Of a stretch of 64,000 nucleotides of DNA, positions 19,038-28,025 are shown in pieces. Numbering within the stretch: the stretch's first letter is position 1; each line of letters opens with the position of its first letter. The notes below the pieces were generated by a model. That model made no database searches, was not told the origin of the DNA, and was given only the letters and a program-made list of their open reading frames with translations. The position numbers were made by a program, and so were the translations under genes. The stretch is from an uncultured Acidimicrobiales bacterium (lineage in GTDB: Bacteria; Actinomycetota; Acidimicrobiia; Acidimicrobiales; SHLQ01), in contig CALJDK010000025.1 of assembly GCA_938023735.1 (NCBI GenBank), positions 33,057 to 97,056 of the forward strand, read 5' to 3'.

Positions 19038-21814
19038 GAGCACCCACTGGTTGAGCCACAATCAGAGCACACGTAACACGAGCCGGCCCGCTGCATGTGA
19101 ATGCCGCACTGCATGCATAGCGGCGAGTCGAGACTCTGCTCGGACTTCATTTCGGCCTCAAGCTGAAGCGCCGATGGCACCGATTTGGGGTCGGGGGCAA
19201 TGTCTTGGCCCTGGACGTTTGGGGTGACGCTCTCGACCACACCGGGAAGTGTGGGCTGGGTGCGCTCGTCGCTGGTAAGGATGTTGAGACCTTCGCGCTC
19301 TTCCAGCGTGAGGTACTCGACCGCCAGGCGACGGAACAGGTAGTCGGTGATGCTCGACGCAATTCGCAGGTCGGGGTCGTCGGTCATGCCGGCCGGCTCA
19401 AATCGCATTCCGACAAACGCTTCGACAAACGCCCGCATTGGAACGCCGTACTGCAGGCCATGACTTACCGAGATCGCAAAAGCATCCATGATGCCCGCAA
19501 GGGTGGATCCCTGCTTCGACACTCGGCAGAACAACTCGCCGGGTCGGCCATCCTCGTACTCGCCGACGGTGATGAATCCCTTGCAATCGGCGACCCGGAA
19601 TTCGAACGTGCGGGAGGTACGCGATCGAGGCAGCTTGCGACGAATTGGCTCGGTAGGTGCTGGGACCGCGTTGAGTAACGCCGAACCAGCAGACTCGGTA
19701 TTGGTGTCTCCGGTGTCTCCGGTGTCTCCTTTGCCGGAGCTGAGTGGCTGGCCAACCTTGCAGTTATCGCGATAGATCGCGACAGCCTTGAGACCAAGTT
19801 TCCACGACTCGATGTAGAGCTGTTCGACATCGTCGATGGTGGCGCTCTCGGGCATGTTGACGGTCTTGCTGATAGCGCCCGAAATAAACGGCTGCACCGC
19901 CGACATCATCTTGACGTGACCGAGATGATGGATCGGGTTGTCGCCCATCGAACAGGAAAAGACCGGCAGATGCTCGGGCTTGAGGTGCGGTGCACCGATC
20001 GCCGAGAAGTTCTCATTGATGTAATCGATGATTTCGTCGGCTTCCTCGGTGGAGTACCCCAGCGTCTCCAACGCCCACGGAATGGTCTGGTTGACGATGG
20101 ACATCGTGCCGCCGCCAACCAGCTTCTTGGTCTTCACCAGACCGAGATCGGGCTCGATGCCCGTGGTGTCGCAGTCCATCAGCAATCCAATGGTGCCGGT
20201 GGGTGCAAGGACCGATGCTTGTGAGTTTCGGACGCCGGCAACTTCGGCGAGCTCGCAGGCTTCATCCCAGGCTCGTTGACCGGCGCTGAGCAACCCGTGC
20301 TCGACTGCAGTTTCGTCGATCGCAGACACCGCAGATCGATGCATCGACAGCACCCGAAGCATGTGCTCGCGGTTGTCGTGGTAGCCGGCGAACGGGCCAA
20401 CTCGTTCGGCGAGCTTTGCCGAGGTCAGGTACGCCTGGCCGGTGAGCAACGCCGTGATTGCAGCTGCGAGCGAACGACCTTCGTCGCTGTCGTAGGCAAG
20501 ACCCTTCGCCATGAGCAATGCTCCGAGGTTGGCGTAACCAATGCCGAGCTGGCGGAACGCTCGGGCGGTTTCGCCAATTCCTTCGGTGGGGTAATCGGCG
20601 TTGCCAACAAGAATTTCCTGAGCGGCGAAGACAACCTCGACCGACGACTGGAATGCTTCGGTTTGAAAGTCGCCAGTTTCGGCGTCAAGGAACGAAAGCA
20701 GGTTCAGACTTGCCAGGTTGCATGCGCTGTTATCGAGGTGCACATATTCCGAGCAGGGGTTACTGGCATTGATTCGGCCGGTGTTTGCTGCGGTGTGCCA
20801 CCGGTTGATGGTGGTGTCGAACTGCAGTCCGGGATCGGCGCACCCCCAGGCCGCTTCGGAGATCTCTCGCATGAGCTCGCGGGCTTGGATGGTCTCGAGG
20901 ATCTGGCCAGTGGTGACCGCGTTGAGGTTCCATGGTTCGTCATTGACGACCGCTTCCATGAACTGGTCGGTAACCCGAACCGAATTGTTGGCGTTCTGGT
21001 ACTGCACCGACACCATGTCGCTGCCGTCGACTCCCATATCGAAGCCTGCATCGGCCAGGGCACGAATCTTGCGCTCTTCATGGGCCTTCGTGCGAACGAA
21101 ATCCAAGATGTCGGGGTGATCGGCATTGAGCACCACCATTTTGGCGGCCCGACGGGTCTTGCCGCCGCTCTTGATGGTTCCGGCTGAGGCATCGGCGCCC
21201 CGCATAAAGCTCACGGGGCCGCTGGCGGTGCCGCCGCCGCCCAGACTCTCTTTGGCACTGCGAATCTTGCTGAGGTTGACGCCGGCGCCGGACCCGCCCT
21301 TAAAGATGCGCCCCTCTTCGGCGTACCAGTTGAGAATGGAGTCCATCGTGTCGTCGACCGACAAGATGAAACAGGCCGATGCCTGTTGAGGAACGCCCTT
21401 GACGCCAATGTTGAACCAGACCGGCGAGTTAAACGCCGCCTTCTGGTTGATGATGAGGTGTTTCAGTTCGTCGGAGAACACATCGGCTTCGTGGGCATCG
21501 ACGAAGTAGCCGTCGCGTTCACCCCAGGCTCGAATGGTGTCGACAACCCGGTCGGCAACCTGCTTGAGCGAGGTCTCTCGTTCTGGGGAACCTTGCTCAC
21601 CGCGGAAGTACTTCTGCGCCAAGATGTTGGTGGCGTTGACCGACCATGACGATGGAACCTCGACGTCGGTCTGCTCAAAGGCCACCGAACCGTCGCGGTA
21701 GTCGGTTATCCGGGCATCGCGGCGCTCCCATGTAACGGTGTCGTACGGATGGACACCATCGATGGTGTGGACTCGGCGTAAACCAAGTCCGGCTCGTTCG
21801 GGAGCAAGAGCCAT
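19034..21814 (-). CDS. nrdJ: adenosylcobalamin-dependent (class II) ribonucleotide reductase
   Basis: Start at ATG 21814 (MALAPERAG...) with GGAG 8 nt upstream. NPCSE active-site region, TIGLLMDCDTTGIEPD, and the C-terminal Cys cluster CMQCG...CYVCSDCG. Confidence 0.92.
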   Translation of the reverse strand: MALAPERAGLGLRRVHTIDGVHPYDTVTWERRDARITDYRDGSVAFEQTDVEVPSSWSVNATNILAQKYFRGEQGSPERETSLKQVADRVVDTIRAWGERDGYFVDAHEADVFSDELKHLIINQKAAFNSPVWFNIGVKGVPQQASACFILSVDDTMDSILNWYAEEGRIFKGGSGAGVNLSKIRSAKESLGGGGTASGPVSFMRGADASAGTIKSGGKTRRAAKMVVLNADHPDILDFVRTKAHEERKIRALADAGFDMGVDGSDMVSVQYQNANNSVRVTDQFMEAVVNDEPWNLNAVTTGQILETIQARELMREISEAAWGCADPGLQFDTTINRWHTAANTGRINASNPCSEYVHLDNSACNLASLNLLSFLDAETGDFQTEAFQSSVEVVFAAQEILVGNADYPTEGIGETARAFRQLGIGYANLGALLMAKGLAYDSDEGRSLAAAITALLTGQAYLTSAKLAERVGPFAGYHDNREHMLRVLSMHRSAVSAIDETAVEHGLLSAGQRAWDEACELAEVAGVRNSQASVLAPTGTIGLLMDCDTTGIEPDLGLVKTKKLVGGGTMSIVNQTIPWALETLGYSTEEADEIIDYINENFSAIGAPHLKPEHLPVFSCSMGDNPIHHLGHVKMMSAVQPFISGAISKTVNMPESATIDDVEQLYIESWKLGLKAVAIYRDNCKVGQPLSSGKGDTGDTGDTNTESAGSALLNAVPAPTEPIRRKLPRSRTSRTFEFRVADCKGFITVGEYEDGRPGELFCRVSKQGSTLAGIMDAFAISVSHGLQYGVPMRAFVEAFVGMRFEPAGMTDDPDLRIASSITDYLFRRLAVEYLTLEEREGLNILTSDERTQPTLPGVVESVTPNVQGQDIAPDPKSVPSALQLEAEMKSEQSLDSPLCMQCGIHMQRAGSCYVCSDCGSTSGCS

Positions 21815-21890
21815 AGGTGTTCTCCAATCGGCGCTCGGCTGCAAATACTTCAGCTGAACAAAAGTGTGACATAGGTGTGGGTAGACGGGT

Positions 21891-22007
21891 GCAGCCACAA
21901 CAAGGCAATAGGTACGATCAACCCTGCTTCCGCTGGGCCAATCCAAGAGGTCGTTCGACCCACCGAGAGTGAACGCCAGCTGACATTCCACTGCCTGTTG
22001 TGGCTGC
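21891..22007 (-). promoter_or_regulatory. long-range inverted repeat in the nrdJ 5' leader (structured RNA or MITE-like insert)
   Basis: GCAGCCACAACAAGGCA (21891-21907) pairs with TGCCTGTTGTGGCTGC (21992-22007): 16 bp with a 1-nt bulge, enclosing 84 nt. It lies 76 nt upstream of the nrdJ ATG. Confidence 0.35.
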
Positions 22008-22113
22008 GTGAACAACCTAAAGAACCCAGCCTGTGGAGCAAAAGCGCGAAGCCTGTGTAAATCGTCGGGAACCTGTGCATTTCGCGTTGAACCTGTGGAT
22101 TAGGGTGGGACAA

Positions 22114-22890
22114 GTGCGCCAGGTCTTTCCAACGCTGCTTGAGCCGGTCGATATTCCGGCCCTGTATCGATCCGATGACCGTCCTGTTCCTCAGGATCGA
22201 CCGTGGATTCTGGCCAATATGGTTACCAGCGTCGATGGGGCTACCGCAGTCGACGGCTTGTCGGGAGCCCTTGGCGGCGAAGGGGACAAGGCGGTGTTTC
22301 GTGCGGTTCGAGCGCTGGCCGACGCGATTGTGGTGGGAGCTGGCACCGCGGTGGCCGAGAACTATGGCCCGCCGATACTGACCGACGAACTCATTGCCAT
22401 CCGGGTTGCCAATGGGCAAGCCAGGCTGCCCCGGATTGTGGTGGTTTCGAACTCGCTGCAGGCTTTCTTTGGCCCTGATTCCGCCGCCGCTGATGGTGCG
22501 CCGGTTCAGCGGCTGTTTCACGCCGAGGGCTTCCGCCCAACCGTCATAACCTCGGGCCGCGCTCGAGCCGACCGAATCGAGGCACTGCGTGAAGTGGCCG
22601 ACGTCGTGACGATTGGCGATGACGTGGTGAATCTTGCTGCGATGTTTGCCCAGCTTCGAGCAGAGGAAGTTCACACCGCACTGGTCGAGGGTGGCCCTAC
22701 CTTTAATGGCCATCTGGTGGCCGGCGATTTGGTTGACGAAATGGCGCTGACCTTTGCACCGGCCCTGGTTGCTGGCCCATCGGGCAGGTTGGCAATGGGC
22801 GATGCCGAAGCGGTTCGACCAATGCGGCTTCAGCGAATTCTCGAAGCCGACGATCACCTGTTTCTCCGCTACGTCCGCGATCGTTCCTAG
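22114..22890 (+). CDS. RibD C-terminal-domain (dihydrofolate-reductase-like pyrimidine reductase) family protein
   Basis: RPWILANMVTSVDGATAVDG...GDKAVFRAVRALADAIVVGAGT. The GTG at 22114 is preceded by GGGTGGGA; the track's alternative start is 22033. Confidence 0.75.
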   Translation: MRQVFPTLLEPVDIPALYRSDDRPVPQDRPWILANMVTSVDGATAVDGLSGALGGEGDKAVFRAVRALADAIVVGAGTAVAENYGPPILTDELIAIRVANGQARLPRIVVVSNSLQAFFGPDSAAADGAPVQRLFHAEGFRPTVITSGRARADRIEALREVADVVTIGDDVVNLAAMFAQLRAEEVHTALVEGGPTFNGHLVAGDLVDEMALTFAPALVAGPSGRLAMGDAEAVRPMRLQRILEADDHLFLRYVRDRS

Positions 22891-22900
22891 CCAATAATTC

Positions 22901-23356
22901 CTAGCCAAAGACTGCGGGGATCTCGAGGCGTTGCCCCACCTCAAGCATGGATCCCCCAGCAATCTTGGCTAGCTCGTCGACCGCCTTTCGGCGGTCGACT
23001 TCGGGAGCTACCCGCTCCGCGATAGTCCACAACGTGTCACCGGGTTGCACGATGACGGTGGTGGTTGCCGGTTCCGCCGCGCTTGCAGGCATAGTTGCGG
23101 CGGGGTGGCCGACAGAAACGCTGTGGTCGGCGCCGGCGGACCCGATGCCGACAACAGAAACGATGGTGGTGGCCACCACGGCGAGAACGACGCCGAGCCG
23201 ACGAAGCACAAAATTTGGCTGACCAGGCTTTGGCTGGGCGTGCCCCTGTGGTTGGGCGGCCGGGCTCGGCTGGTGGGGAGCAACCCGGTACCGGGGAGCT
23301 GCTGCGGTTGGTTGTGCGAGAACATTGATTTCGGGAAGCATTGCCATGAAGACCAT
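22901..23356 (-). CDS. LysM-domain membrane protein divergent from lexA
   Basis: One TM segment (LGVVLAVVATTIVSVVGIG) and a C-terminal LysM domain (VIVQPGDTLWTIAERV...LEVGQRLEIP). Start is one of three ATGs at 23341-23356. Confidence 0.7.
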   Translation of the reverse strand: MVFMAMLPEINVLAQPTAAAPRYRVAPHQPSPAAQPQGHAQPKPGQPNFVLRRLGVVLAVVATTIVSVVGIGSAGADHSVSVGHPAATMPASAAEPATTTVIVQPGDTLWTIAERVAPEVDRRKAVDELAKIAGGSMLEVGQRLEIPAVFG

Positions 23357-23483
23357 TCTCCAGATGGGGTGTGACACGAAGCGGATCTGGAACGACTTCG
23401 TGTGCCGGAACCCTCCGACCGCAGTACTCCAGCTGCGGTCGGAAAGAAATCGGCTAGGTGCTTGACTTGGAACGCCTGTTCGA

Positions 23484-23512
23484 CGAACATGTGATCGCCG
23501 AACAGTTGTTCG
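23484..23512. promoter_or_regulatory. two adjacent LexA (SOS) box-like sites
   Basis: CGAACATGTGATCG (23484-23497, one half-site mismatch) and CGAACAGTTGTTCG (23499-12), compared with the actinobacterial consensus TCGAAC-N4-GTTCGA. Confidence 0.6.
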
Positions 23513-23533
23513 CCCTTGCAAGATCCGATACTA

Positions 23534-23549
23534 TCGAACACGTGTTCGA
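23534..23549. promoter_or_regulatory. LexA (SOS) box
   Basis: TCGAACACGTGTTCGA is a perfect match to the actinobacterial SOS box palindrome, about 100 nt upstream of the lexA ATG. Confidence 0.85.
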
Positions 23550-23650
23550 TGTCAACCACAAATTCTCGAACCGTCCTTCTGTACCGCTCAGACATCCCCT
23601 TCTGTACCGTCCAATTCGTTCACCGTTCACTTCCTTACTGGAGCTTTCTC

Positions 23651-24280
23651 ATGGCCGATGCGCCCACCGCACGACAACGACAAATTCTCGAATTCATCGA
23701 TGCGCAGATGCGCGACCGCGGCTTTCCGCCATCGGTACGCGAGATCGGCGACGCTGTTGGACTCACCTCGCCGTCCACGGTCCACTCGCACCTCGCCACG
23801 CTGCAACGCCTCGGCTACCTTCGCCGTGACCCAACCAAACCACGGGCCATCGAAGTCCGCTGGGATTCAGCATCTGACGCCATCGTCGAGCGGCGCCCGG
23901 TCTGCCACGTTCCGATCGTTGGTCAAGTCGCAGCAGGTACCGACGTGCTCGCCCAGGAGAACATCGAAGAGGTCATGCCGCTTCCCGCCGACCTCACCGG
24001 CGACGGCGATCTCTTCATGCTGGTCGTGCGAGGCGACTCGATGATCAACGCCGGCATCTTCGATGGCGACTACATCGTGGCGCGGGCCCAGACCACCGCC
24101 GACAACGGCGACATTGTTGTAGCTGGCATCCCCGGAGACGAAGCAACCGTAAAAACCTTCACGAAAAAGGGAGCCACGGTTACCTTGCTTCCCGCGAACG
24201 ATCGGCTCGAGCCCATGGTGTTCGATCAGGGCGAAGTGAGCGTGTTTGGTCGGGTCGTTACCGTACTGCGCAAGCTGTAA
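23651..24280 (+). CDS. lexA: LexA repressor
   Basis: MADAPTARQRQILEFI...PSVREIGDAVGLTSPSTVHSHL (wHTH), AG cleavage site VAAG, and catalytic GDSM...K. Confidence 0.93.
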   Translation: MADAPTARQRQILEFIDAQMRDRGFPPSVREIGDAVGLTSPSTVHSHLATLQRLGYLRRDPTKPRAIEVRWDSASDAIVERRPVCHVPIVGQVAAGTDVLAQENIEEVMPLPADLTGDGDLFMLVVRGDSMINAGIFDGDYIVARAQTTADNGDIVVAGIPGDEATVKTFTKKGATVTLLPANDRLEPMVFDQGEVSVFGRVVTVLRKL

Positions 24281-24313
24281 GGCACTGCGCAAGCTCAAGA
24301 CGACGGCGAGCGT

Positions 24314-25594
24314 TTAGGGAAAGATTCCTCGCTGGTCATACACCCTTTCGAGTTTCTCGAGCGCAACAATGTATGCGGCGTTGCGGCGCGAGCAGCCGTG
24401 GTTTCCTTTGGCCACCACCGTTCGGTCGGCTGCGCCAAGCAACACGTCGCGAAGCTTGTTATCGACAACGTCGAGGGTCCATGGCTGAGCCGACTTGTTC
24501 TGCAACCACTCAAAATACGAGACCACAACACCACCGGCGTTCACCAGGATGTCGGGAAGCACTTCGCCGCCACCAGCGAGGAACTGTTCTTCGGCCGCAG
24601 GTGTGGTTGGCCCATTCGCGGCCTCAACAATCACCCGAGCCTGAATCTGGTCAACGTTGGCCAGCGTGATCTGGTTCTCGAGCGCACCCGGCACCAGCAC
24701 GTCAACATCAGCCGACCAGAAGTCGTCGGCAGAGCAGTTTGTGGCGCCGGCAAAGTCAACAACGCCACCGGTTTCGGCAACATGATCGGCGAGTTCAAAG
24801 GCTGAAAGACCATCGGGGGCAATGACTGCGCCCGTGTGATCGGCGACCGAGACGATGGTGGCGCCGTACACCTCGAAGAGTCGGCCCACGTTGGAGCCAA
24901 CGTTGCCGTATCCCTGAATGGCAACCCGAAGCCCGGAGAAGTCGGTGTTGGTCTCGTCGCACCAGTGCTGAAGACTGAAGAGCACGCCCTGGCCGGTGGC
25001 CTTTTCGCGTCCCAAGCTTCCGCCAGACTCAATCGGCTTGCCGGTTACGACACCCTTTACTGACTGCCGGTTGGCCGCAGCGGTGGAGTTTGCGTAGGTA
25101 TCCATCATCCACACCATCGTCTGGGCGTTACTGCCCAGATCGGGTGCCGGAATGTCGTGATCGGGGCCAATGTTTGAACCGAGGGCATGGGTGAACCGAC
25201 GCACGATGCGTTCGAGTTCGCTTTGTGAATGCTCGCGAGGATCAAACGCAATGCCGCCTTTGCCGCCGCCGAACGGCACGTCGCAAAGCGCTGACTTCCA
25301 GGTCATCCACGTGGCAAGAGCCTTCACCTCGTCGAGGTCCACATGCGGGCTGAAACGGATACCGCCCTTGTACGGGCCAAGCAGGTTGTTGTGTTGAATC
25401 CGGTAGCCACGGAACGAGCGATACTCGCCCGTGTCCATGCGAACGGGGAAGTTCACAATGACTTCGTTTTTGGGATGAGCGAGGATTGCTCGATAGTCAG
25501 GGTTGAGATCCATGATCTCCGCGGCCTCGTGAAATTGGCGCACGGCCTGCTCATGCAGGCTTACCTGTTTTTCCGGTGAATCGACAAGGGTCAT
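24314..25594 (-). CDS. gdh: glutamate dehydrogenase (Glu/Leu/Phe/Val dehydrogenase family)
   Basis: KGGIRFSPHVDLDEVKALATWMTWKSALCDVPFGGGKGG and GYGNVG. The ATG at 25594 has AGGAGG 7 nt upstream; the track start 25636 is an in-frame extension. Confidence 0.9.
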   Translation of the reverse strand: MTLVDSPEKQVSLHEQAVRQFHEAAEIMDLNPDYRAILAHPKNEVIVNFPVRMDTGEYRSFRGYRIQHNNLLGPYKGGIRFSPHVDLDEVKALATWMTWKSALCDVPFGGGKGGIAFDPREHSQSELERIVRRFTHALGSNIGPDHDIPAPDLGSNAQTMVWMMDTYANSTAAANRQSVKGVVTGKPIESGGSLGREKATGQGVLFSLQHWCDETNTDFSGLRVAIQGYGNVGSNVGRLFEVYGATIVSVADHTGAVIAPDGLSAFELADHVAETGGVVDFAGATNCSADDFWSADVDVLVPGALENQITLANVDQIQARVIVEAANGPTTPAAEEQFLAGGGEVLPDILVNAGGVVVSYFEWLQNKSAQPWTLDVVDNKLRDVLLGAADRTVVAKGNHGCSRRNAAYIVALEKLERVYDQRGIFP

Positions 25595-25821
25595 ATCAGA
25601 CCTCCTGTCGCGTTTATCGGCGGAAAATTTCGACACGTTTAGCCCCTTTGCTGAACGGTTGGTGACGCGGGCTTGAGAACCCGGGGATCACCGATGAACG
25701 ATCACAAAAGTGCCACCAGATTTAGGGTGACCGCGCCATTGCGGGCCCAGAACGCAATCTGGAGACACTTGTAGTGTTCGGCTTGCCGGCAGAGCATCTT
25801 CAGCTCTGGCCGGAACGGACT

Positions 25822-26919
25822 CTAGACGCCCTCGGTAAGTAGTTGTGCGAGGGCAAGGAAAACAATCTGCAAATACGGCTCTTCCACCCGCTCCTCCTGG
25901 GTGTGGGCAAGCAAAGGGTCACCGGCACCGAAGTTGACCGCGGGGATGCCACGCTCGGCGAAGAAGGCCACATCGGTCCAACCCAGCTTGGCCCTGACCT
26001 CGAGATCGTTGCGCCCGGCCAACGATGCCAGCAGCGGATGGTTCATTCCCGGTAGCGCTCCGGGCGATGCATCGGTTTGTTCGATGGTGTCGCCCTCTTC
26101 CAGGAACGGCCGCACGAATTCTTCAACATGTGCTCGGGCTTGTTCGATGCTGCGGTCGGGAGCGAAACGGTGATTGATGGTGAGCTTCACCGAGTCGGGA
26201 ACCACGTTGCCGGCCACTCCCCCGTCGATGAAAACCGCCTGCATACCCTCATGGAACTTGCAGCCATCGATGACCGGCTGGCGATGTTCGTAGGTATCAA
26301 GGGCACCGAGCAGCCCGCCGAGCCGGTGGATGGCGTTGCGTCCCATCCAGCCCCGAGCGGTATGAGCGCGTTTCCCGGCCAAGGTGAGCACGAATCGCAT
26401 GGTGCCCTGACAGCCCGCTTCAAGCACCGCATGAGTCGGTTCGCCAAGGACCGCGACATCGGCTTCGCAAAGGTCGGGACGTAGCTCGAACAGTTCACGA
26501 AGTCCGTTGTGCTTTATGGCGACTTCTTCGCGTGCGTAGAACAGGTAGGTGACATCGACGGCCGGTTCGGGGATCGACCGAGCCAGCTCCAGCATCACCG
26601 CCAAGCCACCCTTCATGTCGGCCGATCCAAGCCCCCAAAGGGTCTTTCCTTCGACTCGGGCATCGGCGTTACCGTTGGCCGGAACCGTGTCGGTATGCCC
26701 CCCAAGGAGGACTCGTTGGCTGCGGCCAAGGTTGGTGCGGGCAACCAGGTTGTCGCCGACGCGATCGACGGTGAGGCCGGGAATCTTGCGCAGTTCGGCT
26801 TCAAACCAGTCGGTGATTGGTCCCTCGTGAAAGCTCTCCGACGGCATGTCGACCATGTGGGCGGTGAGGCCCAGCAGGTCGGGAATGTTGGCGATGACTT
26901 CTTCTTTTGAGCGAAACAT
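25822..26919 (-). CDS. dapE: succinyl-diaminopimelate desuccinylase (M20 peptidase)
   Basis: LLGGHTDTVP and GLGSADMKGG are M20 motifs. The ATG at 26919 lies 1 nt after the dapC stop. Confidence 0.85.
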   Translation of the reverse strand: MFRSKEEVIANIPDLLGLTAHMVDMPSESFHEGPITDWFEAELRKIPGLTVDRVGDNLVARTNLGRSQRVLLGGHTDTVPANGNADARVEGKTLWGLGSADMKGGLAVMLELARSIPEPAVDVTYLFYAREEVAIKHNGLRELFELRPDLCEADVAVLGEPTHAVLEAGCQGTMRFVLTLAGKRAHTARGWMGRNAIHRLGGLLGALDTYEHRQPVIDGCKFHEGMQAVFIDGGVAGNVVPDSVKLTINHRFAPDRSIEQARAHVEEFVRPFLEEGDTIEQTDASPGALPGMNHPLLASLAGRNDLEVRAKLGWTDVAFFAERGIPAVNFGAGDPLLAHTQEERVEEPYLQIVFLALAQLLTEGV

Positions 26920-26920
26920 T

Positions 26921-28015
26921 TCAGACCCTATCGAGAACTCGGTCGATGAGTTCCAGCGGTTCGACGGCTGCGAGTCGAACATGACCCGAACCCGATGGTC
27001 CGTAGAATTCGCCAGGACTCACCAGCATCCCAAGGTTCTCCGCTAACTGGTGGGCAAGGTCCCAGCCATCGCCCGAGGGTGCTTTCACCCACAGGTAGAA
27101 ACTGCCATCGGGCAACGATGCATCGATGCCTGCCTTGTTGAGAATTTCGATGAGTCGGTTCATGCGGTTGAGGTAGCGCTGGCGTTGGATGTCGACGTGT
27201 TCGTCGTCGTCGAATGCCACGGCGCCCGCCTCGTGCATTGGTCCGGCGATGAGTTGGCCAGAGTGTTTGCGGCATTCGCTGAGATACCGAACAAGTTCGG
27301 CATCGCCGGCATACACCCCAATTCGACCCCCGGCGTAGTTCGATCGCTTCGACAACGAGTGAAGAGCCAGGACTCCCTCGTGCCCGTGGCGCAGGATGCT
27401 CTGCGGTTCGCCCGACCAGGTGAACTCGATGTAGCACTCGTCGCTGATAACCGGGACACCATGTTGGCGTCCCCACGCCGCGGCGGCTTCGAGGTCGTCC
27501 ATGCCACCGGCCGGATTACCTGGCGTATTCACCCAAACACAGAGCGCCCGGGCCGCATCGGCGGGGTCGACCGAAGAAAGGTCGATGCACCACGTGCTGT
27601 CCATCGTTACCGGCACCGCTCGGAGCCCCGCCAACGTAGCCCCCATGGCATAGGTGGGATAAGCAACCTCGGGGAAGAGCACCGTGTCGCGCTCGGGCGA
27701 CCGCATGTGAAGCAGCCGAGGAGTGGATGCCACAAACTCTTTACTTCCAACACACGCTGCAATCTGTGCGGCGTCGATGTCGATCCCGAAGCGACGACTG
27801 AGCCAACCTTGAGCAGCCGAACGCAAACGGGGGCTACCTACCGACGGCGGGTACCCCGCTTCAAGGCCCGACGATGATTGCGCCGCGATAACTTCTGCCG
27901 GCGGCGGATCGCAGGGCCGTCCAATCGACAAGTCGACGAGGCCTCCATCGAAGTTGTCGCCGAAGACCTTGAGCTCATTGAGGCGGTCGTAGGGGTAAGG
28001 CGGGGGCCATGTCAT
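26921..28015 (-). CDS. dapC: succinyldiaminopimelate aminotransferase (class I aminotransferase)
   Basis: N-terminus WPPPYPYDRLNELK...VDLSIGRPCDPPP, NTPGNPAG and SLSKRSNYAGGRIG (PLP lysine region). Adjacent to dapE. Confidence 0.8.
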   Translation of the reverse strand: MTWPPPYPYDRLNELKVFGDNFDGGLVDLSIGRPCDPPPAEVIAAQSSSGLEAGYPPSVGSPRLRSAAQGWLSRRFGIDIDAAQIAACVGSKEFVASTPRLLHMRSPERDTVLFPEVAYPTYAMGATLAGLRAVPVTMDSTWCIDLSSVDPADAARALCVWVNTPGNPAGGMDDLEAAAAWGRQHGVPVISDECYIEFTWSGEPQSILRHGHEGVLALHSLSKRSNYAGGRIGVYAGDAELVRYLSECRKHSGQLIAGPMHEAGAVAFDDDEHVDIQRQRYLNRMNRLIEILNKAGIDASLPDGSFYLWVKAPSGDGWDLAHQLAENLGMLVSPGEFYGPSGSGHVRLAAVEPLELIDRVLDRV

Positions 28016-28025
28016 GGTTGTATTG

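Noticed and set aside
19703-19729. GGTGTCTCC x3 tandem repeat.
   Set aside because: It lies in-frame inside the nrdJ linker and encodes (GDT)3. This is a short coding microsatellite, not a separate element, and it is noted under the nrdJ-tdk finding.
21815-22113. Cobalamin riboswitch or NrdR boxes upstream of nrdJ.
   Set aside because: I looked for a B12 box (AGYCMGGAGACCKGCC-like), the GCCACUG element, and 16-bp ACAC...GTGT palindromes with AT-rich centres. I found none convincing. GTGTGACATAGGTGTG (21863-21878) is a direct repeat, not an inverted one. A proper covariance-model or PWM scan is still needed.
24265-24295. 12-bp direct repeat ACTGCGCAAGCT x2 (19-bp period) straddling the lexA stop codon.
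   Set aside because: It is short and probably a small slippage duplication at the gene's 3' end. There is no associated structure or ORF consequence.
25785-25813. Hairpin GCCGGCAGAGC...GCTCTGGCCGG just after the dapE stop.
   Set aside because: It is probably an ordinary terminator-like stem with one bulge and no U-tract, so it is not listed as a feature.
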